Positions 50,020 through 60,869 of a stretch of 64,000 bases of DNA are shown one piece after another. Position 1 is the first letter of the stretch; every line of letters begins with the position of its first letter. The stretch covers positions 62,001 to 126,000 of the forward strand of contig JALDZX010000032.1 in the NCBI GenBank assembly GCA_022813865.1, written 5' to 3'. The translations under genes were made by a program, and so were the position numbers. Under the pieces are notes generated by a model, which saw nothing but the letters and a program-made list of their open reading frames with translations, was not told the origin of the DNA and made no database searches. Origin of the DNA: Xylographa opegraphella (Eukaryota).

Positions 50020-50736
50020 ATGTCTGGCCCCTCTTCCACCTCACTCGACCCTGTTGTCGCTCGAGCCCTTGATACGCACCTGCTTCAAAAGTCCCAACAA
50101 CCCATCAGAGAAGATGACCCTGCCTCGGACTCAGACACAGACTCATTGCTGGATGCTGCCGATCCAATCTTCGCCTCTCATCGTGCTGCCCGCTTACAAC
50201 AGCTTTCCACCGCTCTCTCCGCCCAAAAATCCCTACTGTCTGCTTCCCACGGCACTGTTACCACCGTGACCTCGGAGAAGGAGGTTATGGAGATTGTCAC
50301 GGCCACTACGCGTACGTTAGTACATTTCTATCACCCAGACTTCCACCGGTGTGCGGTGATGGATCGGCATCTGGAAGCATTGGCTCCAGTCCATGTGGAA
50401 GTTAGATTTCTGCGGATTGAGGCCGCAAACGCGGCATGGTTGTCTGGGAAATTGGGTGTGAGGGTTTTACCGTGCGTGATTGGGTGGGTGGATGGGAAGG
50501 AAGTTACCAGGATGCTGGGTTTCGAGGGCGTGGGAGAGGGATGCCGAACAATGGATTTGGAAGAAGCTTTAGTCAGAGGAGGTCTATTGGTCCGGGAGAA
50601 GTTGGGCTCGCAAGGCAACCTTCCAAATCATGGGGGTGGGGGAGGCAAGGATGCAGGGTATTTGGGTTGGAGAGGGAAGCAAGCCAGGGGTCAGAAAAGC
50701 AAGGAGGATGACGAGGATGACGATGATTGGGATTGA
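50020..50736 (+). CDS. Phosducin-like thioredoxin-fold protein (PhLP3/Plp1 type)
   Basis: HRAARLQQL...HGTV; VHFYHPDFHRCAVMDRHL...KLGVRVLPCVI...GFEG; acidic tail DDDDWD. Confidence 0.88.
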   Translation: MSGPSSTSLDPVVARALDTHLLQKSQQPIREDDPASDSDTDSLLDAADPIFASHRAARLQQLSTALSAQKSLLSASHGTVTTVTSEKEVMEIVTATTRTLVHFYHPDFHRCAVMDRHLEALAPVHVEVRFLRIEAANAAWLSGKLGVRVLPCVIGWVDGKEVTRMLGFEGVGEGCRTMDLEEALVRGGLLVREKLGSQGNLPNHGGGGGKDAGYLGWRGKQARGQKSKEDDEDDDDWD

Positions 50737-51990
50737 AGCACAGCAGGCGCTTGAGATTATGAATTGTCGCTTGTGAAGCAAGAAACATGACGAGATATCG
50801 GCCCTGGGCAATTACTCCCACATCAGATATGGAAACCAGGTATGTACAGGATGTCTCACTACGGATATTGTAATCCAATATATTGTCGTGCTAAACCTCT
50901 TCTCAGGCTTTGAAAGACACGCTCTTTGAACGAGTTGGCATTGAAGAGACTTGTCTACAGAACATCGCTGCTATGCGCTCGATAGAATGCTGTTTGCTAC
51001 TGGCTAGCGCTCACATTGTTCCGTTATGTGCAGCACCTGGACAGAAATAAGAAACTTCCAACCATGCATACCTTGTGTCTCAATAAATCTACGAATGAAG
51101 GTGACGCTTTGAACACTATTGTTTCGCGACTTCGGTATGCACTTCATACGGAACAGTCAAATTAACCGACTAGAGTGGCGTGATGGCAAACAAATAGCTT
51201 AGCAACGGGGCTCGTATACATTAAGGGAGGGCTTCATTCATTTCGGTCTCGGCTCTCTATATCAACGGCCAAGATGCTTATTAGTAACTCGAGTATCAAA
51301 TGACGTCTGCGTTCCCATCGAGGAACTTGGCGACCATACCACCAGCAGCAACAGCGAATGATGGTCGGGAGAGGTTGAACGTCAGAGCGTCCAGTGTTCG
51401 AGGCTACACCGATGACTACTGTGGTCGTTCGCAGGTTACACACGGGGAACAGGAGAACGAGGTTGTAGGAGGAAGGATAGTAATTGACAAAGAGAACACG
51501 TCGCAGCACAATCACCTTGCCGAAGCTCGTGTACAGCCTCAGCTGTCTGCTTTCAAGGAAGCCTAGCCTTTATATCCACTCTTAACTCCGATTGGCGCCG
51601 GAGAGCCTCGCGGTCTTGGCGCTTAAAGACTCCGGCTCTCAAACGACAAAACGGCAAAAGTCGATACACGAATGTCTCTTAGACGTTGGACTGATCACTA
51701 TCCCAAGTATGTCTATTTTCCAAGGTCGTATAAATTGCTTCATGAGGGCTAGGTCTATCGTCTGGCGAATCCCTTTATTTATGACCTGTGCATAGTCCGG
51801 TTTCAGCTGAGCTGTAGGATCCCTGGTCCTTCGCGGCACAGTCGCAATGTGCCACTGGGGTTCGTATTCTTCAACAATCTTCTTGCGCAATTGTGGTTTT
51901 CCTGACCCCATGGACACGCGTGCACAAGAAATCTTGAGCCAGCGAACTTTCGCATTCTCCGTCGTTTGAGAGTCCGACGTCGTTGCTACC

Positions 51991-53012
51991 ATGCGATCCG
52001 TCGCGTACTTCGCATCCCATATCTTGTTCGTGCTTGTTGCGATCCCCAGTCTCCGAGCCGATCTCGCGCGTGCTGTATCGGCGGTTGCGAAATGCTACAA
52101 TCCTGACGGGTCGACCGCTGCAGGCGATTTCCCGTGCTTCCTGGGCCAGGGCGCAAGTGCTTGTTGTGCTCAAGGAGTCCAGTGTCTATCGACCGGACTG
52201 TGTGACCCACAAGGTGCCATTGGCGCCAGTGACTTTATCCGAGGGACATGCACGGACTCGACGTGGAATTCCTCGAACTGTCCTCAGTATTGTCTTGGTA
52301 TGTTTCTTGCCTCATTGCTACCGGTTGTCGGTGTCCCACGAAAGAGCGGAACTGAGTACTCTTGGTAGGCTCCAGCACAGGCGGGACCAACCTCATCAGC
52401 TGTCAGAACGTCACGAACAACGACCAAGACTTCTGCTGCGATCACACCAATGGCTGCTGTGACTCCGGCATCGGGCGCTTCCGCATCGGCGCAGAAGCGA
52501 GCACTATCGCCACGATCGGTCCGAGCGGAGTGTCCGTTACGATCCGACAGTCGATGCTTTCCAGCCCGTCGTCCTCGAGCCACGCCTCATCTATGACCAC
52601 GAGTCCGACCCCAGCCGTATCTTCGGCCCCGTCCTCGATCACCTCATCAGCTTCATCATCCGCAACAGCGAGCCCCATAAACACAACAGCCGCAAGCTCA
52701 AGCAGCAATGCAACGAGCATAGGCATCGGTGTAGGCGTGGGCGTTGGAGCATGCGTACTCCTCATCCTTGGCTTCCTGCTGTTCCGGTACCGGCGGAAGA
52801 TAGCCCCGGCTCGCAAGCAGCCATACCAAGCCGCCCCTTCGATGGAACAAAGCAGCATGGAGCCACACGGAGACTTCGGACACGACTATCCCGGCAACGA
52901 CACCGACGGGCCGACCAAATCTTTCGACGGCGCGAACACGAGATCCGAATTGGACGGCGTGCCGAGAGCGGAGTTGGACAGCCGCAGCAGGCCGGCGGAG
53001 ATGGGGCCTTGA
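51991..53012 (+). CDS. Type I membrane protein: Cys-rich ectodomain, Ser/Thr stalk, Mid2-like TM
   Basis: Signal peptide; CYNPDG...ACC...CLSTGLC...RGTCTDSTWNSSNCPQYC; intron 52298-52368; FCCD...CC; IGIGVGVGVG TM; AELD repeats in the tail. Confidence 0.85.
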
Positions 53013-54045
53013 CCGGCGGGGGTAAAAAAGCGGGTTGGTGGTTTTCTTTGTATTTATGGCTGCAATAGATGTGACATATACTATCCTTGTTACGAGTATC
53101 TATCATCCATTATATTCATGGATTCCGTTGAGGACCACCTGCTTCGATCGCCCGGTGCCGGCGATCACAATACCTCGGAACCTTGAGCCGTGTCAGATAC
53201 TTGCGCGTGCACGCAGAACCCCATAATGGCAACAAACATCTCCCGCTCCGACAAGCATGCTCGCCACAAACGGAGCACCGCCGTTCCTACAAAAATAGCC
53301 CATGCATATCCGGCACGAGCTCAGCACACACTCCGAAGTACACAACGCAGCAAACCCAGCCGGCAACGTATGAAGCACCTCAGCACATACCGATTCGCCG
53401 TCCCTTGCAAGCGCCTCGGACCAGCAGCTCCCACGACGGCGGCCGTTCCTTTTCCCGGTCCCTTCACTCGTCAAAGCCCAAGGGGGCGTCCACGGCGGCG
53501 ACGGGGTGCTTTGGTGCCGGTGCCGGTGCCGTGCGCATAATAGCCACAAGGAAAGGGCGGCGAAGAGGGTTACGTGAGGTGCCCGGCTTTGTGGGCTCTA
53601 CACGATGGACGGTACGGCGGCGAATAAGCGCTTGGTGCACGACGACGTGTGTCCCGCGGGAGTGAACGGCGAGCTGTGCGACGTGTTGGCTCGGTGGGCA
53701 AAGGAGCCCCTTTTGTAGTGCGTTAAGCAATCGCGATGAAGCTTGGAACGCAGAATCGATAGGGGTAAGCATCGATTAGTAGTTAGGGGCGAATAGCAAC
53801 ATGGATGCTTTATTCTAGGATTTATCAGTTGACTTTCGAGATTATTGCATGCGGGTAAAGGTTTGGTTTTGGATTTTATCATGAAAAATTCGTTAATAGC
53901 CGTAAGTATGATATCAAGTTGATCATCATAAAACTTCGAGATGCGCCGTACAGCACGAAAGAAATCAACGATACCAGCGCGTTCGCGACTGGAAATTCCT
54001 CCTGACACAAGACAGTAATGTCAGCCACTCCCGCGCGGCACATCC

Positions 54046-55132
54046 TCAAAAGCCACCCTTCAAAATGCCCTCCACCTGCCTAGCATCCCCGTGGCGAAAC
54101 GCATCAAACTTCCTCGTGTGCCACTCGACACTCTTCCACTCCCGGCCCGTCTCATCCACGAACGTCGCCTCCAGTTCCGGCCGCAGGAAATACACAATCG
54201 AGTAGCGCCCCTCGGCCTTGTCCGAGCTGTGGGGCATCACGCGGTGCAAGCAGGACTTCAGCCGCCGGTGAGACAAGTGGCGCAGAGAGTCGCCGATGTT
54301 CACGACGGCGTGGCCGGGCATGGGCGGGATGTCGATCCAGTGGTCGAGAGCCGGGTGGAGGACTTGGAGGCCGCCCTGGTTGCAGAAGAGCAGGGTGAGT
54401 GAGCCGACGTCTGTGTGGGCGATGTGCCCGGTTGGCTCCTCGCTGAGCAGCTGGCTGGGGTACTTGAGGAGCGCCAGAGTGCTTGTGGAAAGCTGGTCGT
54501 GGCGGTGCTGCTGTGTGAGGCAATTCTGACCAAGCGTGGTCGAGAGGCTGGCGAGGATCATGGAGCAGATTTCGTGGGATTCTGTCGTGAAACGCTTGAG
54601 TAAGGAGTCATGCTTACGCAGCGTCGCCGGGCACGAGAAGGTTCCGCCTGAGGGATCCAATCCGAATAATATATCTCGCGGAATCTACGCCGTCTGTCAG
54701 CGCCATGCTCTGAACAGTATTCTAGATTCAGGGGTAGGTACCAAGTATAGCTCATGGCCATCCTTTTTCCCCTCCGTGACACCAGTGTTCCGACCTATGG
54801 GCTTATATCTGCCAGGTAATTACCAAGCTGTTTCCAGGCATGCCTTCAGACCGATCTCACCCGTAATTTTTCAACAAGCCAAGCTTGTTCGTGTCGAATT
54901 TCATCTTCTCCGATAATGGAAGCTCGAACAAATCGGCACTGGCGGTCATCAAGTCCGCAACGTCTGGAAGGATCGTTGGGCATGCAGTTCCTGTGAGGTC
55001 GAGGTAGAAGAAGCCATCGTCGATGGCAGCAGAATAGAGACGCAACAGGGCCTCGTTGTTGCAAGAAACGAGGTCTGCGTACGATATGACTTGCAGGCTG
55101 GCACACGATTTTTCGTTGAGCTGGGCAACCAT
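54046..55132 (-). CDS. 2-oxoglutarate/Fe(II)-dependent dioxygenase (IPNS/DIOX family)
   Basis: DIOX_N GFFYLDL...LFELPLSEK; HTDVGSLTLLF (HxD); VVNIGDSL; SCLHRV; RYSIVYFLRP; two introns. Confidence 0.92.
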
Positions 55133-56788
55133 ATTGGCTGGCACGCAAAGACAGAACCAAAACGATCCAACTCAACAATGCTCTAAGAAAGTTGGTTGAA
55201 TAATATCAACACACTAAGCGGCAGACTTGGGAATAAAGGGGACGACATAAATATGAGGCGGGGAATTCAGCCTCACTCCTCCTTATCGAGTTACCACAGT
55301 CGAGCAGATACCTACTCCTGTTCGTGGGAGTCAAAGTCCTAGTCGGCGGGCAGCATCAGGCTGAAACATGGCATGTCCCGATAGCCAGCCTCGTTGCAAA
55401 AGACTCTTTGCTCACGATCAGGGCACATGGGCAAGCCTGATTAGGCCTAAAACTCTCGGCGACGGCCAGCCAACCCTTATCAAACGTGCTCACTGGCTGG
55501 TCTGTGATCGGAGTGACCGCGAGATGTTCGAGAACTAATTAACATACATGATATGGTGACATTGCCAAGATTTCACAACAGCCAAGGCGCGGGGAACGAA
55601 TGTTCCCGAGTCACCTCGTTTGAGCGATGTCGCGAGGCAGCAAGATAAGCAATCTTTTGTAAACAGATGATTTGCCCATCATCGAGCCGCTTCTTTCAGT
55701 AAGCCATTCGAAGCAGCTCGATTCCGGTCGACATGATTGATGTTGATGACTTGGCCTCTGATACAGACGATGAGGCACAGCGCTTTGCCAAACAAGACGA
55801 TCGCTTTCACAACGATAGAAACAATCGTACATACACGCAGACCCAGCAGATAAGTATTTGACAGAGTTCCATGCAAGCTTTTGACTCAGAAAGCGGTTTA
55901 ATTGAGGGATGAAATATCAATCAATACAAGATTCAGCCCTTGGGCGAACAACATTCTGTCAGCTTTAACTCGTGCCATTGTAACAGATAACCAACGTCCA
56001 GGTAATGCTATAAGTCCATATGATATCTTACTGGATTAACAGGCAAACTTTGGTCCGGTAGCCAAGAATGAAATCGTGCCCAGCAAATCAGGATTGGTAT
56101 AAAAGCCGCAAGGCGAGGTCGAGAGGGGTGTAATCTGGCGAAAGTAGGATGACACACAGTTTATAAACAGTGCCATCGTGATCATTGACGGTTGTTCCGT
56201 GAGAGCCTTCACCATTTTTATCTTGTAGATCCATTGCCTGCGTGCTGTTCGAAAATGAAAAAGCGTCAAAAGCTCGTCCGGAAATTACCGGAGCATTTCT
56301 ATTCCGCCGAGTCTAGTCCCGATTAGGGCAAAAACGTATATTCGGAAGCATTGACCCTGCATTATTCTGGAGCAGTCAATGGTAATACAATATGTTGGAT
56401 TCTGTTTATACAGGATACTCAGCCGCAGCGTATGTGATTTCGATTTGGAAGTCAGATCTGATGTGATGGTCTCAAGCTCCTTCTCACTTGCCGTAAACAC
56501 GGCTCTACCCCACTTTCTGTGGGGCGGGGGTCGAACAGTATTAGCATAATAGCATCCGCAATATAATATCGAACAATTGTGAAGGATCGGACCACTCTTA
56601 GATGGAATCCGAAGAAATGAGCAACCAAGGCAGGCCGATCGTGTTGCCAGCGATGGTCGATACTTGGAGTTCGACATAAAGCGGGGATTCCCTAGAAAGT
56701 ACACGTCCAGGTCGCTCCGATTCATAACTTGGGAGCTTTGTCGATCTTCCTTGTCAACAGCCCTCAAACGCTGCCAACCGCATCGGAC

Positions 56789-58135
56789 ATGTCCGCCATG
56801 GACAAGGCTGTGCGAAACTTGAAGATATGCATCGTCGGCGCAGGGATGGGTGGCCTTACATGCGCGTTGGCGCTCGCAAAGCAAGGCTTTGAGAACATCG
56901 AAGTCTATGAATTCGCGTCGAACCTTGGATTTGTCGGAGCTGGCATCCAGCTCGCGCCGAATATGGCGCGCGTGTTAGACCGACTCGGTGTTTGGGGAAG
57001 TGTTGAGAAGGAGGCGGTTGTGCTGAGAAGCACAAGCATTAGGCAGGGAGCGACGAATGGAGAGTTGGCGAAAGTGGACCTTGACTATATCAAGGAGACG
57101 TACGGTTACCCCCATTCGGTTGGGCACAGGTCGAATCTGGCGGATTCCATTTATCAAGGCTGTACGCAGGAGCCCAGCATTAAATTTATCTTATCGACCA
57201 CGGTCACAAATGTGGATACATCATCCACCAAGCCTTCCTTTGATGCATTGCAGCGAGGAAGGTCGGAACCGTATCGCGTCACGTGCGATGTCCTTCTCGC
57301 AGCGGATGGGGTAAAGAGCATTGTTCGAGTCGCAATGCTGAATGCACTGAGAGTGTCTGCCACTGTGCAGGACACCGGGCAAGCGGCATATCGAATCATG
57401 CTTACTCGCGAGCAGATGGCTTCCGACCCCGAGCTCCTGGATCTGATAGATTCCGAGCGAGTGGTTAGGTGGATAGGGGCGAAGCGGCACATCATCGCAT
57501 ATCCTGTGCAGAGCCACGAGATCTATAATCTGTCCACAGCGCAGCCGGACTTGAATTTTGCAGCTGCCCCATCTGCAACCTACACGACCAAAGCTTCGAA
57601 GCGCGCAATGCTGGATGTATTCGCCGACTTCTGTCCGCTGGTACAGAAGATGCTGAATCTGGTTGCGGAAGGGGATGTCTGTGAATGGAAACTGAGGATC
57701 CATCAGCCACTACCGACGTGGGTGCATAACTCGACTGCGTTGGTCGGGGATGCTTGCCATCCGACACTACCTCACATGGCACAAGGCGCAGCGCAAGCTA
57801 TTGAGGATGCAGCTGTTCTCGGTGTTGTGTTAGGTCGTTTACCTGACGCCTCACCCGACAGCATCAACGAGGCTCTTCGTGTATATGAGATAGTTCGGAA
57901 GGAAAGGGCAGAGACGCTGGTCGAGCTTGCAGCTGCTAGCGGGAGGGCACTCCATCTTGGGGACGACAACGAGGAGGCGAGAAAGAAGCGAGACGCGGAG
58001 TTTGCTGCGCTGAGGAAGGGCCAAGGACCAGTACCAGATAAGTGGGCAGATGCTGAAGTGCAGAAGATGATCTACGGCTTCGATTGCGACAAAGCAGCGA
58101 ATGCGGCATTTGATAAAGCATTTGGGAAAGCATAG
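56789..58135 (+). CDS. Group A FAD-dependent monooxygenase (salicylate-hydroxylase-like)
   Basis: GAGMGGL, VGAGIQLAPN, AADGVKS and GDACHPTLPHMAQGAAQAIEDA; intronless. Confidence 0.93.
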   Translation: MSAMDKAVRNLKICIVGAGMGGLTCALALAKQGFENIEVYEFASNLGFVGAGIQLAPNMARVLDRLGVWGSVEKEAVVLRSTSIRQGATNGELAKVDLDYIKETYGYPHSVGHRSNLADSIYQGCTQEPSIKFILSTTVTNVDTSSTKPSFDALQRGRSEPYRVTCDVLLAADGVKSIVRVAMLNALRVSATVQDTGQAAYRIMLTREQMASDPELLDLIDSERVVRWIGAKRHIIAYPVQSHEIYNLSTAQPDLNFAAAPSATYTTKASKRAMLDVFADFCPLVQKMLNLVAEGDVCEWKLRIHQPLPTWVHNSTALVGDACHPTLPHMAQGAAQAIEDAAVLGVVLGRLPDASPDSINEALRVYEIVRKERAETLVELAAASGRALHLGDDNEEARKKRDAEFAALRKGQGPVPDKWADAEVQKMIYGFDCDKAANAAFDKAFGKA

Positions 58136-59502
58136 TCGGACCGATTTGCAATCAACATTGTACATAAAAGGACTCTTACACTGGACGAGGATCTCGGCAG
58201 CGGTAGCTTTTTTGGAGTCTGCAGAGCAATGAGAACAATGGTTTGTGGTGGTCCGAAATATCGGTCAGTCACGACGTCAGAGTGTGCTGTTGCGAGCTAC
58301 CTACAGAGGTAGTACCAAATTAGATATATGGTATGTGCTCGGTAACAGAAGTAGCTCTCTGCTGTGAATCAGATTGTTCACACAGATCTGCATTGATCAG
58401 ATATTGAATTGTCGTTCTTGTAAAAGCACGAAACGCGGTCGCGTGTTCGAAGCACGTGTCTAGGGCGTATGCCCTATCAAGAACGCTAGGACTAGTCCTA
58501 GTCTAGTCTAGTAAAGGCATATGGCACGACCGCCTGAAGGAGTGCTCTGCTCTTGAATACAATCGGGGCTCATCGAAGAAGGAGGTGGAGGTGTACCACT
58601 ATCTCAGTAGCTAGATCGACGGCTGGTGTACTCTCGATCGTCATACTACGATTAAGGACCACTGTATACCATGCTCGCAGAAAAATCGAGTCTTGGCCAT
58701 AAAGAACGATAATCGCGTCTTGTTGAGGACATCCCGAACTCCTTCTCCGCATAGGGAGAGTCAACCGGACGATTAGTTCGCAATGACAACTCATGGCTGT
58801 TTCTTTCACCTTTATCCTTGACACCCTGATTCTGGATATCGTCTGCCATGGGAATAAATCCTTATTGTAGTCCGTGTTCATATCAGCATACAGGGACTCG
58901 AACGTTGCGGCGTAGTGCTGAATTTACATCTCAGCACAAGACTGAGATTATACATGTATCGAGGATTCTAGCAGAGGAGATAGGCTGACAGGGCTCGAGG
59001 GGCTGCTGCATCGGTTCGGAGCCATTCATAGTGTCATCCTCATAAGATTGTTGCCTTAGCCAATCCTTCGTAGAGACGTCGCCATCCGCGACTGCACGAA
59101 GTTCTAGATATGATCAAGCTTGGGATATAAATCCAGGGGGCGTTTCGAACATCCGTAGATAGGCTTTCTGCAAACCACGTGGCGATTGTTCTCACGGTCG
59201 GAGGTACCCACATAGAACAATTCACTTCCGACGCCCGCTCGAATTGGTCGCGTGAGCATACTGCGTCTCAACGCAGGCCATTGAATTTCTCCAGCGATTG
59301 CACGAGATCTACTTGAACTATTGGCTTGTTACACGCAGCTAGCGCCTATACGACTGCCCATTTGAGGCCAGTGATGCCTGCCGGCTCAAGTATACCCAAT
59401 CGAGGTTCTATCGATAATGCAAACTTTCCCCCTACCTCCTCCACCCGCCGCCATTCTACTGTCCCGGACCTCTACCCGTGAATTTCCACACCACCTGAGA
59501 TC

Positions 59503-60524
59503 ATGGCTACCGAACCCTCCCTGACACCCCCAAAACTGAAGATCCTCTGCTTCGGCGACTCGCTAACGGCAGGCTACTCCATGTATGGGATGAAATTCTA
59601 CCCGTACGCAGACCAACTGCAGAGAGTCTTGCAGGAGGCATTCCCGGCGACGGCGATAGAGATTTTGGTCGACGGTATGAGCGGGGCGCAGGTGCGCGAG
59701 CAGTACAGCGGTAGGCTCAATCGAGCGTGTCGGGCAGCCACGGACGAGCCGTACGATTGGGTGGTTATCTTGGGTGGTACGAATGATCTTGGCCTGGGAA
59801 AACAGCCTGAGGAGATCTATAACGCATTGCGTGTGTACTGGTCCCTTACTCCTGATCCATCAATTCTACTTTCTGTCTCTTCTTTGTTCTGTCCCCGTTG
59901 GCGTATTAGAATTGGCTTGCAGTCGGGTTATATATCTCTGCCAGACTAACACAGGGACTATAGAAGAGGTATGGAGTATAGCGCTTGAGACGGGCGCGAA
60001 CGTGCTCGCTCTCACTGTCATCGAAGCAGCGGCACGCAATGCTTCCTTGATACGAAGAAGAGATACTCTAAACGCCATCATTTCTGGACACAAAGCGGAT
60101 CGTTTGTACGTCCTCCGGATATCCCCTAGTTGGCAAGCGCGATCAAGCCGACTGATGGGGTTCTGCTAGGTTCCATATGGATCTTTGTCATGCCATTCCG
60201 TATTTCACGATGGAGGAACGGAAACGCGATCTCATCTGGGACGATGGTCTGCATCTGTAAGTCCCAGTCGGTCATGTTTTCTGGAGTGGAGTCCATGTTC
60301 AATTTCTAGATGGCGATGGCAGTATGAGCCATTTGGACAGATGCGTCACGTGTACTGCCATGCGGCTCGTGAAATGCTGACCACTTTATACCTGAAGGAA
60401 GGAGGCAGGCTACGAGATGATGGGCGATGCTATAGGAGCGCACCTGGTTGAATTACTGCCAACTTTGGAGAACACGAAGAATACCCAAGCTGCACAAGTC
60501 GGCAACGAAGAAATTGGAACCTAA
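59503..60524 (+). CDS. SGNH/GDSL hydrolase
   Basis: Block I FGDSLTAG, block II GMSG, block III GGTND and block V WDDGLHL; three introns. Confidence 0.88.
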
Positions 60525-60869
60525 AAGATCCGACTCCCAAGTGAAAGAGGCACGGAGGACTGTTGCTATAAAAGCGCCTGAAGCTATCGGCGGCCCGTTG
60601 GCTGACTACACCCGTTGAACAGTGGCCGACGTCCTCGAGAGAAGGGCAGATAGTCTGTCCTTCCATTTAGCAAGACGGTGTAAATTCAGACGTTCACGCA
60701 GTGTGAGCACAGTTCGTACGGAGAACAGAGCCATCTCCAGGACAATTCAAACGTGGAGGGTCTCCTATTGATACAAGGTCTCTGTCCTAAGGATTGGAAC
60801 AGAGCATGTCCTAGCAATAAAAGTGGGAACCATGGGTTGGCACTAATACATCTAGTATTATATAATATC

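Noticed and set aside
58425..58515. CTAG-rich palindrome as a Helitron 3' end
   Set aside because: Short CTAGT microsatellite only; no Rep/helicase remnants or 5' TC end could be identified.
60257..60397. Intronic TPP riboswitch
   Set aside because: It lacks the conserved CTGAGA and GATCTGGATAAT...CGAAAGG-type core, and the host gene is unrelated to thiamine.
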